Assembly: GCF_009914755.1 (NCBI RefSeq)
Contig: NC_060930.1
Length of the DNA: 64,000 nucleotides
Source of the DNA: the human T2T-CHM13v2.0 reference genome, Homo sapiens
Direction: 5' to 3' (one strand)
Positions 1 to 13,150 of this stretch are shown here, piece by piece. Numbering within the stretch: the first letter of the stretch is position 1; every line of letters begins with the position of its first letter. Below the pieces are notes generated by a model that had not been told where the DNA came from, did not search any database, and was given only the letters and a program-made list of their open reading frames with translations. The translations under genes and the position numbers were made by a program.

Positions 1-688
1 CTTGGGGCCCTGGCAAGGGTAGTGGGGAACGGGTCCCACATAACTGCCCATGTCGAGAGCTGCATACCTGAATCAGGAGGGACACCAGGGATAAGACTCC
101 CTGGGTTACAGCCCAGGTGCCTAAGGACACAACGCAGAGCCTCCCTAGATCCCTTTGGAGATACAACTTGCTAGAGGAAATGAAAGTGTGAACCATTAGT
201 ACCTAGGAGGCAGGGATCAGAGGAAGTAGATTCAAAGGTAAGGAGAATTTTGGGGCTACACTTTCAAGAAAGTCGTGGTCAGGACCCATGAGGTATGGGT
301 CAGAAGGAAAGGTAGGGGCGCACCCATGGGCGACTGTTGAGTAGAGACTTCTGGCTGCGCCATGATCTCAACAGGCTAATGCCGGGAGTTCTGGACGACA
401 GCTTTCTGCCTCTAGTCAGCCCTCGGATTCCCCAAGAAAATTGAAAGTGGAAGCTGGCTCCAAGCAGACCAACGTCCCCAACCCAGAAGGGTTGGGGGTT
501 GTTAGAAAGCCCTTCCGCAGATAGCGTAACACCTGAGTCTTAAGTCCGGCGGCCACGCTAATCGTTTTTAACTGGCTGACAGGTGCCCAGTATTTTCCTC
601 CAATTCTAAGGAAGGATAGGACAGAATAACAAGCGAAAGTGGTCCAATATTACTCACCGCTTTGGATGTCCCTTCGTGGTCACCAAAA
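1..688 (-). mobile_element. HERV-W (HERV17) internal leader/pre-gag region; continues beyond the window start
   Basis: Follows LTR17 directly on the - strand. Contains a PBS and the splice donor AAAGCG|GTGAGT (plus strand tactcaccgc, 651-660). Confidence 0.85.
668..685 (-). other. Primer-binding site, tRNA-Arg-like (TGGTGACCACGAAGGGAC)
   Basis: 18-mer starting TGG, 3 nt after the LTR terminus. The plus-strand GTCCCTTCGTGGTCACCA resembles a tRNA-Arg(TCG) 3' end plus CCA. Confidence 0.75.
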
Positions 689-1496
689 TGTTACCGGGGG
701 TCCTTGCTCCCAGAGCTCCCAAGATGGTTGTGGGCCACTTCCACAATGGTGGCAGGCCACTTCCAAGATGGTGGCAAGCCTCGTGTTCTCTTACCTGGGG
801 TTCTTGGCCTCACGGATTCCAAGGAATGGAATCTTGGGCCATGCGGTGAGTGTTATAGCTCTATTAGAAGACATGGGTCACGGAAGAGAACCGTGGAACC
901 CAGTGACTAGTGTTCAGCTTGATTAGGATGAACCCAGGCACTTAGCTGTGCAGGAACAATGGCAAGCCTTTAGCCTGATTGGGAGTGGCAATGGACACCT
1001 CGCTGGATCAGGAGCACAGCGGACACCCTGCTGGATCCGGAGGGATGGGAGTCAGTGGCGGGTCTGCAGTGGCAGGTCTGCGGTGGCGGGTCTGCGATGG
1101 CGGCAAACAGCAGTGGTGGATGGCGAGCGAAAGCTCAGCTCGAGCCATAACAAACATGGACCAGAAGAGTGCAGTTACAAGATTTAATAGAGTGAAATAG
1201 AGTGAAAACAGAGCTCCCACACAAAGAGAGGGGACCCAAAGAGGGTTGCTGTTGCCAGCTTGAACGCCTGGGTTTGTATCCCGATCCTTGTCCCTCCCAC
1301 TGTGCTCTCAGGCAATAGATGATTGGCTATTTCTTTGCCTCCTGTTTTTGCCTAATTAGCATTTTAGTGAGCTCTCTGATTGGTTGGGTGTGAGCTAAGT
1401 TGCAAGCCCCGTGTTTAAAGGTGGATGCGGTCACCTTCCCAGCTAGGCTTAGGGATTCTTAGTTGGCCTAGGAAATCCAGCTAGTCCTGTCTGTCA
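689..1496 (-). mobile_element. Full-length LTR17 (HERV-W 5' LTR)
   Basis: The minus strand starts TGACAGACAGGACTAGCTGGATTTCCTAGG and ends ...CCCCCGGTAACA, with TG..CA termini, CCAAT boxes and an ATTAAA signal. Confidence 0.92.
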
Positions 1497-1944
<448 letters not shown>

Positions 1945-2171
1945 TTAAGTTTATTTTGCCAAGGTTGGTTCTGATGACGTGCCCAAGGTGGTCAGATCAC
2001 AGCTTGGTTTTATACATTTTAGGAGACATGAAACATCAGTCAATATATATAAAATGAACATTGGTTCGGTCTGGAAAGGTAGGACAACTCGAAGTAGGGA
2101 GGGGGCTTCCAGGTCACAGGTAGGTGGGAGACCAACTGCTGCATTCTTTTGAGTTTCTAATTAGCCTTTCT

Positions 2172-2852
2172 TTTTCTTTTTTTTTTTTTTTTAATGTGAA
2201 AGGTCTTTCATCCCCAACCCTCTGAATGGCTAAAGGCAGGAAGCCTGAGCCCATGAACACAGATTTTTTTTTTTTCCCTAAGACTGAAAGCTGAGACCCG
2301 GAGAGGTAGGGGCTCACAGGGGACAGAGAGACTGCTGGTGCAAGGGAGGAGCTGGCCTTTGGGGGTCAGGGCAGTCCGGGAGCTCCAGGAGACAGGGCCC
2401 CTGCTCTTGTGTTTGCAGTTGTACTGTGTCCACCTGGCTTGGGGGCTGGCTCCTGGAGCAGCGGCTCAGTGAATAAACAAATGAGTGCGTGTGTGCCAAA
2501 TCTGGGTTCATGTCTGGTGGTCCCCGTGAGGGAATGCAGAGGCAGGAGGACCTGGTGGGGTCTCAGGAGCTGCCGTGCTGGGGGTTCCTGCCCCACCTCT
2601 GGGCTGAAGCTCCCAGAAGGCGAGGGACCGGCTCCTCCAGGGAGCAACTGTACAGGTCAAGGAGTCTGTTCCCAGCCCCTTCCATGGCTCCTCCCAGTAG
2701 GGGCTACTTGGGGAATTTCAGGTGTGGTGGCAGCCAGAGGGAAGGCGTTTCCGGGCCTTGAGAGGAGAGCTGTTCTCCAGAGTGGGACTAGGTCTGCTAA
2801 TACAGATGCAGCTCTTCCTGCAGGAGCTTCCTGGCCTCTCTCGATGATGTAA
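2172..2852 (-). pseudogene. Retrotransposed non-repeat fragment (5'-truncated retrocopy or orphan 3' transduction), source unknown
   Basis: Poly(T) on + up to 2192, a 16-bp TSD TCTAATTAGCCTTTCT at 2156-2171 and 2853-2868, and a GC-rich body unlike the flanking LTR. Confidence 0.8.
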
Positions 2853-3689
2853 TCTAATTAGCCTTTCTAAAGGAAGCAATCAGATACGCGTTTATCTCAG
2901 TGAGCAGAGGGATGACTTTGAATAGAATGGGAGGCAGGTTTGCCCTAAGCAGTTCCCAGCTTGAATTTTCCTTGTAGCTTAGTGATTTTGGGGCCCAAGA
3001 TATTTTCTTTCACAGCCTGAAAAACAAAAGCCCTTGGTATTGTCAGCTTCTTGAGTTAGTTAACCTAAGAACGTTTAGGGGGTTTCATAAATGTTTTAAT
3101 GCATGCATGTCTGTTTTTCTGATTAAGATAGAATACTGGGAAATTTGGAAGTGGAGTTTAAACACAGAATCAGCTGCAGTCATGTATAGGTCCCCTCCTG
3201 AAACACAACTCTCAGGCTGTGTTGTAACAACGTATATAATAACTGTCCCTAACTATCTCTCAGGGCTTTTGTGAAAAATAGAGGAAATAATACTTAGACA
3301 AATACATTTAATGTTTTCAAATGGCAAATGGCATAAAATCCAAGGGCATACTATTTGATAGTAACTCTTTGAAAGATAAGTTATCCAGAAAAGGATGTAT
3401 TGGCCTAAGGGGATCTTTGAATTCCTTAAAAATCTGTAGTCATTTTCCTTGGTAAGCTTTCAACAACTTCATGAGTGTGTATCTTCTTGTGATAATCTTG
3501 CCATGGGTTGGATTGCCTTTGAGTATCCGGTTAAAATCCTCATACCTTGAACAGACACACTGGAATAGTCATAAACTACATCCTTGCCTAAGTTGGCAGT
3601 GATGGTAACTTGCCTTCCAAGAAGACTGATATGCCCGTTGAACCAGAAATACAGAGTTTCCCAGAAGTTGCAGTACGGTTGAAGTGTCC

Positions 3690-4310
3690 AGATTAGTGCT
3701 ATCTGGTGGAAATACAATGTAAGCTACAATGTGAGTGATATCTGTAGTTATAAATTGTAAAATAGCCACGTTTTAAAAAGTGAAAAGAAATAGGTGAAAT
3801 TAATTTTAGTAATACAGGTAACAGTATATCCAAGGTATTGTTTATCATGTAATCAATGTTAAAAAGTGTTAATCAGGCAGACATGGTCTCATGCCTATAA
3901 TCCCAGTGCTTTGGGAGGCCCAGGTGGGAAGGTTGCTTGAGGCTAGGAGTTTGAGACTAGCCTGGGCAACATAGCAAGACCCCTTCTCTACAAAAAATTA
4001 AAAATTTTCCAGGCATGATAGTGCGTAGATGTGGTCTCCTCTTCTCTGAAGGCTGAGGCAAGAGGATCCCTTGAGCCCAGGATTTCAAGGCTGCAGTGAG
4101 CTATGATTGTACCACTGCACTCCAGCCTGGTGACAAAGTGAGACCCTGTCTCTAAAAAAAATTTTTTTTTAATTTTTTTGAGTCTTAAATCTTTCCATAC
4201 TTAATTTTTGAAATCCAGTGTGAATTTTATACTTACAGTACGTCTGAGTTCAGACTAGCCACATTGCAAGTGCTCAGTACTGACGTGGCTACTGGCTGTT
4301 GAACTGTACA
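3690..4310. mobile_element. MER33-like hAT DNA transposon split by an AluJ (+, ~3876-4160)
   Basis: Contains tagccac..aaaagtgaaaagaaataggtgaaattaatttt and tagccacattgcaagtgctc motifs, with the Alu between them. Confidence 0.7.
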
Positions 4311-4407
4311 GATTGATACCATTGTAGGTACTTTGTATTTGCTAATTTGATCTAAAAGAGGTTTTGTGGCTGTTTATGTTTTGTATAGGCAGAGTTGCTA
4401 GGGATAA

Positions 4408-4770
<363 letters not shown>

Positions 4771-4807
4771 CCTTTTACTGTACTTTTTAAGGTAATATTA
4801 ACTACAC

Positions 4808-5020
4808 AAGCTGTTCTCAGTTGGAGGTGATTTTGCTCCCCGAGGGACATTGGCAAAGTCTGGAGACATTTTTGAGGGACACTACTGGCATCTAATGGAT
4901 AGAGACCAGAAGTGGTGCTAAATATCTTACAGTGTACAAATCTGTGCCCTATTCCCCCACAACAAAAAAGTATGCAGTCCAAATGTTCATAGTGCTAAAG
5001 TGAAAAGCATTGACTTAGAA
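4808..5020. mobile_element. MER20 DNA transposon
   Basis: ggtgattttgctcccc..gggacattggcaa.gtctggagacatttt signature. Confidence 0.8.
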
Positions 5021-5451
5021 CAAAGATTAACAGTCAGGCTGAGTACCATAGCGCACACTTGTAATCCCAGCACTTTGGGAGGCCTAGGTGGGAGAATTGC
5101 TTGAGGGCAGGAGTTCAAGACCACCCTGGCTAACATAGGGTGTTAGACTCAATCTCAATTTAAAAAAAGGAAAAAAAAAAAGGTTAACAGTCAGACTAAA
5201 TGTCCTGCTCTTGATATAAAGATCACTTTTAAATTTGTCAACAAACTAAGTACTGTGGGACTATAAAGAAATACTAACCATAGTTCTTGGCCTCTAGGAA
5301 TTTATAACCTAGGAATGGAAAGTGTATTGCAAGGAAGAGTCCCATCAGAGGTACTGTTTAGAAAAGGAGTTTCATGAGTAAGTTCAGGAAACACTGATGT
5401 ATCCTTTTTTAAAAATTTTGGTAAAATACACATAACATAAAATTTAATACC

Positions 5452-6190
5452 TGTGTTAGTCCATTTGCGTTGCTATAAAGGAATACCTGAGACTGGGTAA
5501 TTTATAAAGAAAAGAGGATTATTTTGACTCACAGTTCTGCAGGCTGTACAAGAAGTGGGGTGCTTGCTTCTGGTGAGGGCTCAGGAAGCTTACAATCATG
5601 TCTGAAAGCAAAGTGCAAGCAGGTGCGTCAAATGGCAAGAGAGAGGGAGTGCCACACTCTTTTTTTTCTTTTCTTTTCTATTTTATTTTATTCTATTCTT
5701 TTTTCTTTTCTTTCCTTCCTTCCTTTCTTTCTTTTCTTCCTCTCCTTTCTTTCTCTTTCACTCTTTCTCTCTTTCTTCTCTCTCTTTCTCTCTCTCTCTT
5801 TTCTGTCTTCTCTTCTCTTCTTCTTTTCTTTTCTTTTCTTTTTTCTTACAGGATCTTACCCTGTCACCCAGGCTAGAGTACAGTGGCACATTCACAGCTC
5901 ACTGCAGCCTCAACCTCCTGGGCTCAAGCAATCCTCCTTGTCTCAGCCTCCCATGTAGCTGGGACCACAGGGGCGTGCCACCATCTCCAGCTAATTTTTA
6001 AAATTTTTTGTAAAAACAGGCCTCACTTTGTTGCCTAGGCTGCTACACTCTTTTAAACAATCAGATCTTGCATGAGCAAGAGGGGCACCAAACCATTCGT
6101 GAGAAATCTATCCCCATTACCCAAACACCTCTCACTAGGCCCTACCTCAGCATTAGGGATCACATTTCAACAGGAGATTCGGAGGAGACA
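5452..6190 (-). mobile_element. MST (MaLR) LTR split by an antisense AluJ with an expanded (TC)-rich tail (~5660-6042)
   Basis: tgtgttagtccatttgcgttgctataaaggaatacctgagactggg at the start. TSD ACACTCTTTT flanks the Alu. Confidence 0.8.
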
Positions 6191-6530
6191 CACACCATCT
6201 TAACCATTTCTAAGTGTACAGTTTTGTAATATTAATTACATCCTCATTGTTTTGCAATGATTACCACTATCCATCTACGGAAGTCTTTCCATCTTGCAAA
6301 ACTGGAACTACGACCCATTAAACAATAACTCTCCATTTCTCCTTGCCCCCAGCTCTGGCTACCACCATTCTACTTTCTGTCTCTATGAACTGACTACTCT
6401 AGGTACTTCATATAAGTGGATATGTTGTATCCCTTTTACATATTAAAACTTTTGAGTAGTTCTGCAGTAAATAAATATGCTTAACATTATCGTGTTTAAG
6501 TTAGTTGCCATTGAAACTTTTCTCCCACAG

Positions 6531-6819
6531 TAACACGTGGAGGAACATACGTTGGGAATATCAACTGACACGCACTGTGCTAGGATCTAGAAATACCATG
6601 TGGACTCCAACACACATAGAAATAAGGAAGTGGAATTCCAAAGGAAGGCAAAGTGTAAAGTCGTCTTTATGGAAATGAGTGATGAAGGTGAATACCTGAA
6701 TGAGATGTCAAGAGGAGGAACACACTGGAGAGAAGCAGTAAAGATTTAGGACTGAACCTTAAAGACATACAGGCTTGAGAGAAAGAAAGCATGTAAAGAA
6801 GACAGAAATGGTTAGAAAG
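6531..6819 (+). CDS. ACOT13: ACOT13 alternative cassette exon; its last 12 nt (6808-6819) encode the alternative N-terminus MVRK
   Basis: Acceptor ttttctcccacag|TAA and donor AAG|GTAAGA. gaaATGg is in a strong Kozak context and in frame (phase 0) with the exon at 17009. This agrees with my recollection of a 117-aa isoform 2. Confidence 0.75.
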
Positions 6820-6830
6820 GTAAGAATAGA

Positions 6831-7138
6831 ATTTTTTTTTTTTTTTTTTTTTTTGAGACAGAGTCTCACTTTATTGCCCAGGCTGGAGTACAATGGCACG
6901 ATCTTGGCTCAACTGCAACCTCTGCCTCCCAGGTTCAAGTATTTCTCCTGCTTCAGCCTCCAGAGCAGCTGGGATTACAGGCACGCGCCACCATGCCTGG
7001 CTAATTTGTGTATTTTTAGCAGAGATGGGGGTTTCACCGTATTGGCGAGGCTGGTCTCAAACTCCTGACCTCAAGTGATCCTCCTGCCTCAGCCTCCCAA
7101 AGTGCTAGGATTACAGGTGTGAGCCACCGCACCCAGCC
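6831..7138 (-). mobile_element. AluS
   Basis: Poly(T) plus antisense Alu, with TSD AAGAATAGA. Confidence 0.93.
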
Positions 7139-7382
7139 AGAAGAATAGATCTTATACTTACTATTAATAGAAAAACTTATAGATTTTGGACTGACTACAA
7201 AAGGGCAGTGATATTCAAAATTGATCAACATGATACACAAATAGATATTTTCAAGTTCATTGGTCATTAAAACTGTCTTATGTATAAGCAATACACAAGA
7301 CAAAATAAGGCATTTTTTTTTCAAAGATCTATGCACAAAAAAATTTGTTGCAGCATTATTTGTGATATCAAAAGTGGGAAAT

Positions 7383-7704
<322 letters not shown>

Positions 7705-8172
7705 CTAAATGTCCAACCATGGGAGAATTAGTAAAAGAAATCACAGTAACTGCATGTGACTGAGTCCTGTGTTACTATAAGTCACATCTTAAAAATGACT
7801 TACTAACAGGAGCATGTCATTAAATGATGTGCACCTTAAAAACTTAGAAATTTCAGTTGTTTATTTTTAAAAACATCTACGTAGCACTATGTGTCAGGCA
7901 CTATGCACTTTGTTCATCTGAACTCATCTTTTTATGGCGAGAGATACAATAAAAGTCAAAATACAACGGTCTGGAATTTCACCATATGAATTGGTGTTAA
8001 AATCTGATAGGTAAAAAGAACTGTAGAGACAGACTGTAATAGGTAAGTAGGCACAAAAGACATAAATAGGCTGTTCACAGAAAAAAGGCAATAAACATTA
8101 AAGGATGCTTAAAAGCACTGTGAGTCTGGCTAATGCAAATTAAAACCATGAGATACTATGTTTTGCTTGTCA

Positions 8173-8283
<111 letters not shown>

Positions 8284-10354
8284 TCAAAAAAAAAACAAAC
8301 TTTAAAATATATACTCTTAATACCCAGCTATCTAATTTTGTCAGTCTGTCATATACAAATAAAGCATCTTTGTGATGGTAAAAAAAATATAGAAATAACA
8401 CATTTTAAGAAATAGTTTGATAAATTGTAGTATATTCATAGTAGGGAATACCACACAGCTATTGAAAGAGATCTATATACATTGGGCTGGAGGCTGCGCA
8501 TGGTGGCGTGCCTTCTCCTTTTGGGTCACTTAAGCCCAGGAGTTTGAGTCCAGCCTGGGCAAAATAGAGAGACCCCATCTCTAAAAAAATTAAAAATAAA
8601 TAAATTGAGCTAGAGAAATGACTGTGATACATTGGGAAGAGAAAAATGAAAGCTGCCAAGTAATGTATATAATATGATCCCATTTTTGTAATTGAATAAA
8701 AGGCAAGAAAAACACCCTTTAAGAAAATTTTGTATACCCTGTGTATATATGAGTAAGCCTAGGGAATGGTATAGAATGATATTCAGCACCGAAAGAGTAG
8801 TAGGTAGGAAATTGTACTTCTATGCTGCTTTATATATGTAAAATGAATGTTTTTATTTTTATAATTAAAAATCTAATAAAAACAGTAAGTTAGATGGCTC
8901 AGAGATAGGATTGAAGGAATCAGCATACAATTAGTGAAGTAATGAACTCAAGAGTTATTCATATTTTAGAGGAAAGGAATGTGGCATAAACTCACAGCAA
9001 ATATAAGTATTTTATAAAATTAATTAATTTTAGCAGTAGTGAATGGATGACCAATTTCAAGAGAAATGATGAATACATTTTCTCTGCCATGGAACATAGT
9101 CAAGATTTAGTTCTTTCTATGTAGATCCTCTGAGCTACTGCTGAATTAAAAACAGCACTAAGAAAAAACTGTAGTTTTTACTTGGCCATCCTAGGAGTTC
9201 CAGGACTTTGTAGCATACAAAGTGAACAGAGATGATTTAAACTTCTTTGTGCCTGTTTTGTTTTGTATGACTAATGGGCTGTTCCCCTGGCCTTGATTTG
9301 CCAGATTTGCATTCCTTCAGAGCATCATCCCCTCCTGGGAACTACCGTACTAGATTCCAAACTGAAGCTCAATTGCAAAAATTCTACACAATTTGCGCTT
9401 TCCCTCTTTAAAGGAGAACTGGAAGTGTGAACAAGCATTTCCCAAATCCTCAATCTATGGAAGACAGGATAAGAAAGGCTCCTTCCCTGTCAGCCCCCTT
9501 TTCCCAGGTTCAAGGCAGTAGAGAACCTGTGTATCAGAGAAGTCTTGCCAATAAGATCCATGTGATAGAGGCCTTCAGAGCACCCACCTTTATAGGCATT
9601 CCAGAATGATTCAATAAAATCTGCCACTTACCAGCCTTTGGGGAAGAAAAATATAGTGATTTCTTTTTTAATCATTAAACTTTGTTTTAGTGGGATAGTA
9701 ATTGTTTTTATTCTTTTGTAGCATATCTGTCACCACCACCACTATCTCAGTGAACAAAAGCAGTGTTACTTAAGCTTAGCTAACTAACCTTCAGGGAATA
9801 TTTAATTTAATTCCTGTTTGCTCTTCCCTAGGGCTTTGTTTTGCTTCCCATGGCATTAGTTTGCCAACTCTTGTTATTTTTGGCCTTCTCTTATAACCCT
9901 TGCTGTTTTGTACACTCCCTGAGGGTTAGGGCAACATCGTACTCACCTTTGGATCCTCTACCCTTGCCCCATTTGCCTGCCATTTTCACTTATCCTTCAA
10001 AGTCCTTTGCAGGTGACACCTGCTATCTCTGAGAAGGCTTCCCTGGCAGCCCCAAATGTCTTCCTCTGATCTACTTCTACACCTTGACTAACTTTTGTTA
10101 TAGAACTTTCTGTATATTATTGAAAATATCTGCTGATTTGTTTGTCTTCCCTCTATACTTTTTCCTTGGGAGCCAAGTCCATATGCTTAATAACCATTTG
10201 TCAAAGGGAACTTTAGTGCCTAGTGGAAGGTGCCCAGTTGAATGCCTTTTACATAGAAGATTCTCCCCATAGTTTGTTCAGTTAGTTGCTGAAGCCACTA
10301 AATATTGGGCATATTGTTATAGAATGCTCCTTGTTGACCTTCAGGTTTCAGTGT

Positions 10355-10920
10355 ATTCATTCACTCAACAAATATTTGAGTGCCTACTATGTGCCTACAC
10401 CCTTACTGAGCCAGAGACATACATTCCTTTAGGAATGTATTTAGCTACTAAAACATTCCTAGTCTAGGTACTGGAGATACATCAGTGAACACAACTGACA
10501 AAAACGCCTGCACGCAATGGAAGTTCTATTTTAGTGGAGCAAATCAAACACTAAACAAAATAGGTAAAGAGAATATATAGTATGTTAGATGGTGATAATT
10601 GCTATAAAGGAAAATAAAGGTGGAAGATAGAGAGTATTGGTGCAGGAGAACTTAAATCCACCCCCCACCCTGCCCCAAGATGTGTATTCCTGTAAGTTCT
10701 TTTTTTAAGAATTCAATTTTAAATCTTATCTGGAAAGATATCACTGAAACAGTGACGTTTCAATAAAGACCTGAGAAAGTCATGAATACTGAAGGAGGAG
10801 AGTGTTCCAGGAAGGGGAACAGAAGGTGTAAAGGCCCTCAGACTTTCCATTGCTGTGCTTTCCATTGTTTGAGGGCCCCATTAGAGAGGGTTTTAAGCAG
10901 ATGAGTAACATAATTTGACT
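10355..10920 (-). mobile_element. L2 3' fragment
   Basis: ttcattcactcaacaaatatttgagtgcctactatgtgcc, the typical L2 3' end. Confidence 0.75.
10397..10431 (+). repeat. 35-bp exact dispersed copy of 12457-12491
   Basis: ACACCCTTACTGAGCCAGAGACATACATTCCTTTA occurs at both positions. Confidence 0.95.
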
Positions 10921-11554
10921 TCTACAGCTGCTCTTTGACTTACGATGAGGTCGCATTGGGATAAGCCCATCATAAATTGAGATACTTTCAACTTAACAAT
11001 AGTTTCATCTGAACATAAAGTCAAGGATCATGCTGAAGGCATATCACTTTTGCACTGTTGTTTTCTGTCAAGCAGTTTATATTTTCAAAGGAGCATTCTT
11101 GTAGCTACTATTGAGACTAAACATGGGGATGGTGGCAAGGGCAGAAATAGGGAGATAAATTGGAAGTCAGTTGCAACAGCTCAGGAGAGAAATATATCCT
11201 ATATCCTTCTGAGTGAGTCCAGTATCAAGTCTGGTCTTTGAACGACTAGTTAACTCTAAGACTTAAGAGCCAGCAAAGGAGACTGGGGAGTGGCTGGGAG
11301 AGTAGGAGGAAAACCAGGAGGAGGTGGTGTCATGGGAGTTAAGGGAAGGCTAGGAAAAGTTCACGACGTCACCAAATGCTGAGAGGTCACTTAAGGGAAA
11401 GAGAGGCTGCCAAGGGTCCTTTGAGTTTTGTAGTTAGGTCATAGTTGACCTCGGCAATAGAAATAATTTTAAGAAAATTCATGCCAAACTATACAAACCA
11501 AAGTTTCTGTTTGATAATAGTTTTTATAATAAGGATGCAAATTAAAGTGGTGTT

Positions 11555-11808
11555 GTTTTGGGGACAGGGTCTCACTCTGTCAGCCAAGCTGTAGTGCAGT
11601 GGCACGATCACAGCTTACTGTAACCTTGACCTCTTGGGCTCAAGCGATCCTCCCCACCCCAGCTTCCCTCGGAGCTGGGACTGCAGGCACATGCCACCAT
11701 GCCTGGCTAATTTTAAAAAATTTTTCTAGAGTTGGGGTCTTGCTGTGTTGCCCAGGCTGGTCTCAAACTCCTGGGCTCAAGCAATCCTCCCACCTCAGTC
11801 TCCCAAAA
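11555..11808 (-). mobile_element. AluJ
   Basis: Antisense Alu sequence. Confidence 0.88.
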
Positions 11809-12748
11809 TTAAAATGTTTTGATCACCTGTGATATACCAGGCCTTGTCCTAATTTGAATTTTAATCTTAATTTTTACAAAACCCTATAAGGGCAGTACAG
11901 TACATTATCTCTATCAATGGGGAAACCTCAGTTCAGGGTCTTGCCTAAGTCTGCTTCCAGAGCCAGTACTCTTAACCATTAAGCGGAAGCCACCTGTGTA
12001 ATGAAGCTACTGAAACATACATTATAAAGCAGAAATGCTGGACTGATAACAGCAATATGGTTGAACCATGGTACTTTTATAGCATCTACCTTTCTAGAGC
12101 CCCTTGAACATAAATGTCATCTGTGTTTGTTGCTGTTGCTACCCCATCACACTGCCACATCCTGTCTTTTTACCTCCTTTCCTGCTTATATGAAGGTGCA
12201 TTCATACACTGTCCTTAGACACACCTCCTGTCATCTGCAGTGTCACACACAAAGTTAGCAACATCCATGGTCAGGGAAAATTGCTTGAAAACAGCCTTAT
12301 TCACAAATATACACATACAAAATTGTCATCCATTAAGATTGTCTGTTTTTCTTTGTGCTTCTGTAGACAGTCTTCTTTTGGGGGTGGCTCACGTGTTTAT
12401 GTACACAGATTTTCTCATACCATATGTCACACTCCTGTGCTTGAGGCCCATTACAGACACCCTTACTGAGCCAGAGACATACATTCCTTTATCTGTTTAG
12501 CAGAGGCAGTGGAGGCAGTGGTGGTGAGCTGCATAGCAGCCAGCAGCAGTTACAGTGATGGCAGTGGCTTGTTTATCCCACTGCTCAGCAGAATGCAACC
12601 CTTTTAAAAAAAGACCAGAATGATCTGAGATGCCAAGGCTTAAAGAGAATTCTTGGTTCTCAGCTTCATAAAGGACCATCTCAGTGATGAATAACAGCAT
12701 CTTCACTGCTGTTATTAGGCAGCCCTTCTCCCTATCTATCTTTACTGA

Positions 12749-13150
<402 letters not shown>

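Noticed and set aside
668-685. tRNA-like 3' end (…GGTCACCA)
   Set aside because: Only 18 nt and adjacent to an LTR, so it is a PBS, not a tRNA gene.
2409-2852. 147-aa ORF in the retro-insertion
   Set aside because: It is antisense to the poly(A) orientation, has a non-ATG start and resembles no protein I know.
3469-3717. 82-aa minus-strand ORF with protein-like composition
   Set aside because: I recognise no homolog and see no clear splice or retrocopy hallmarks, and its start lies in a MER33-like repeat. A TBLASTN search would settle it.
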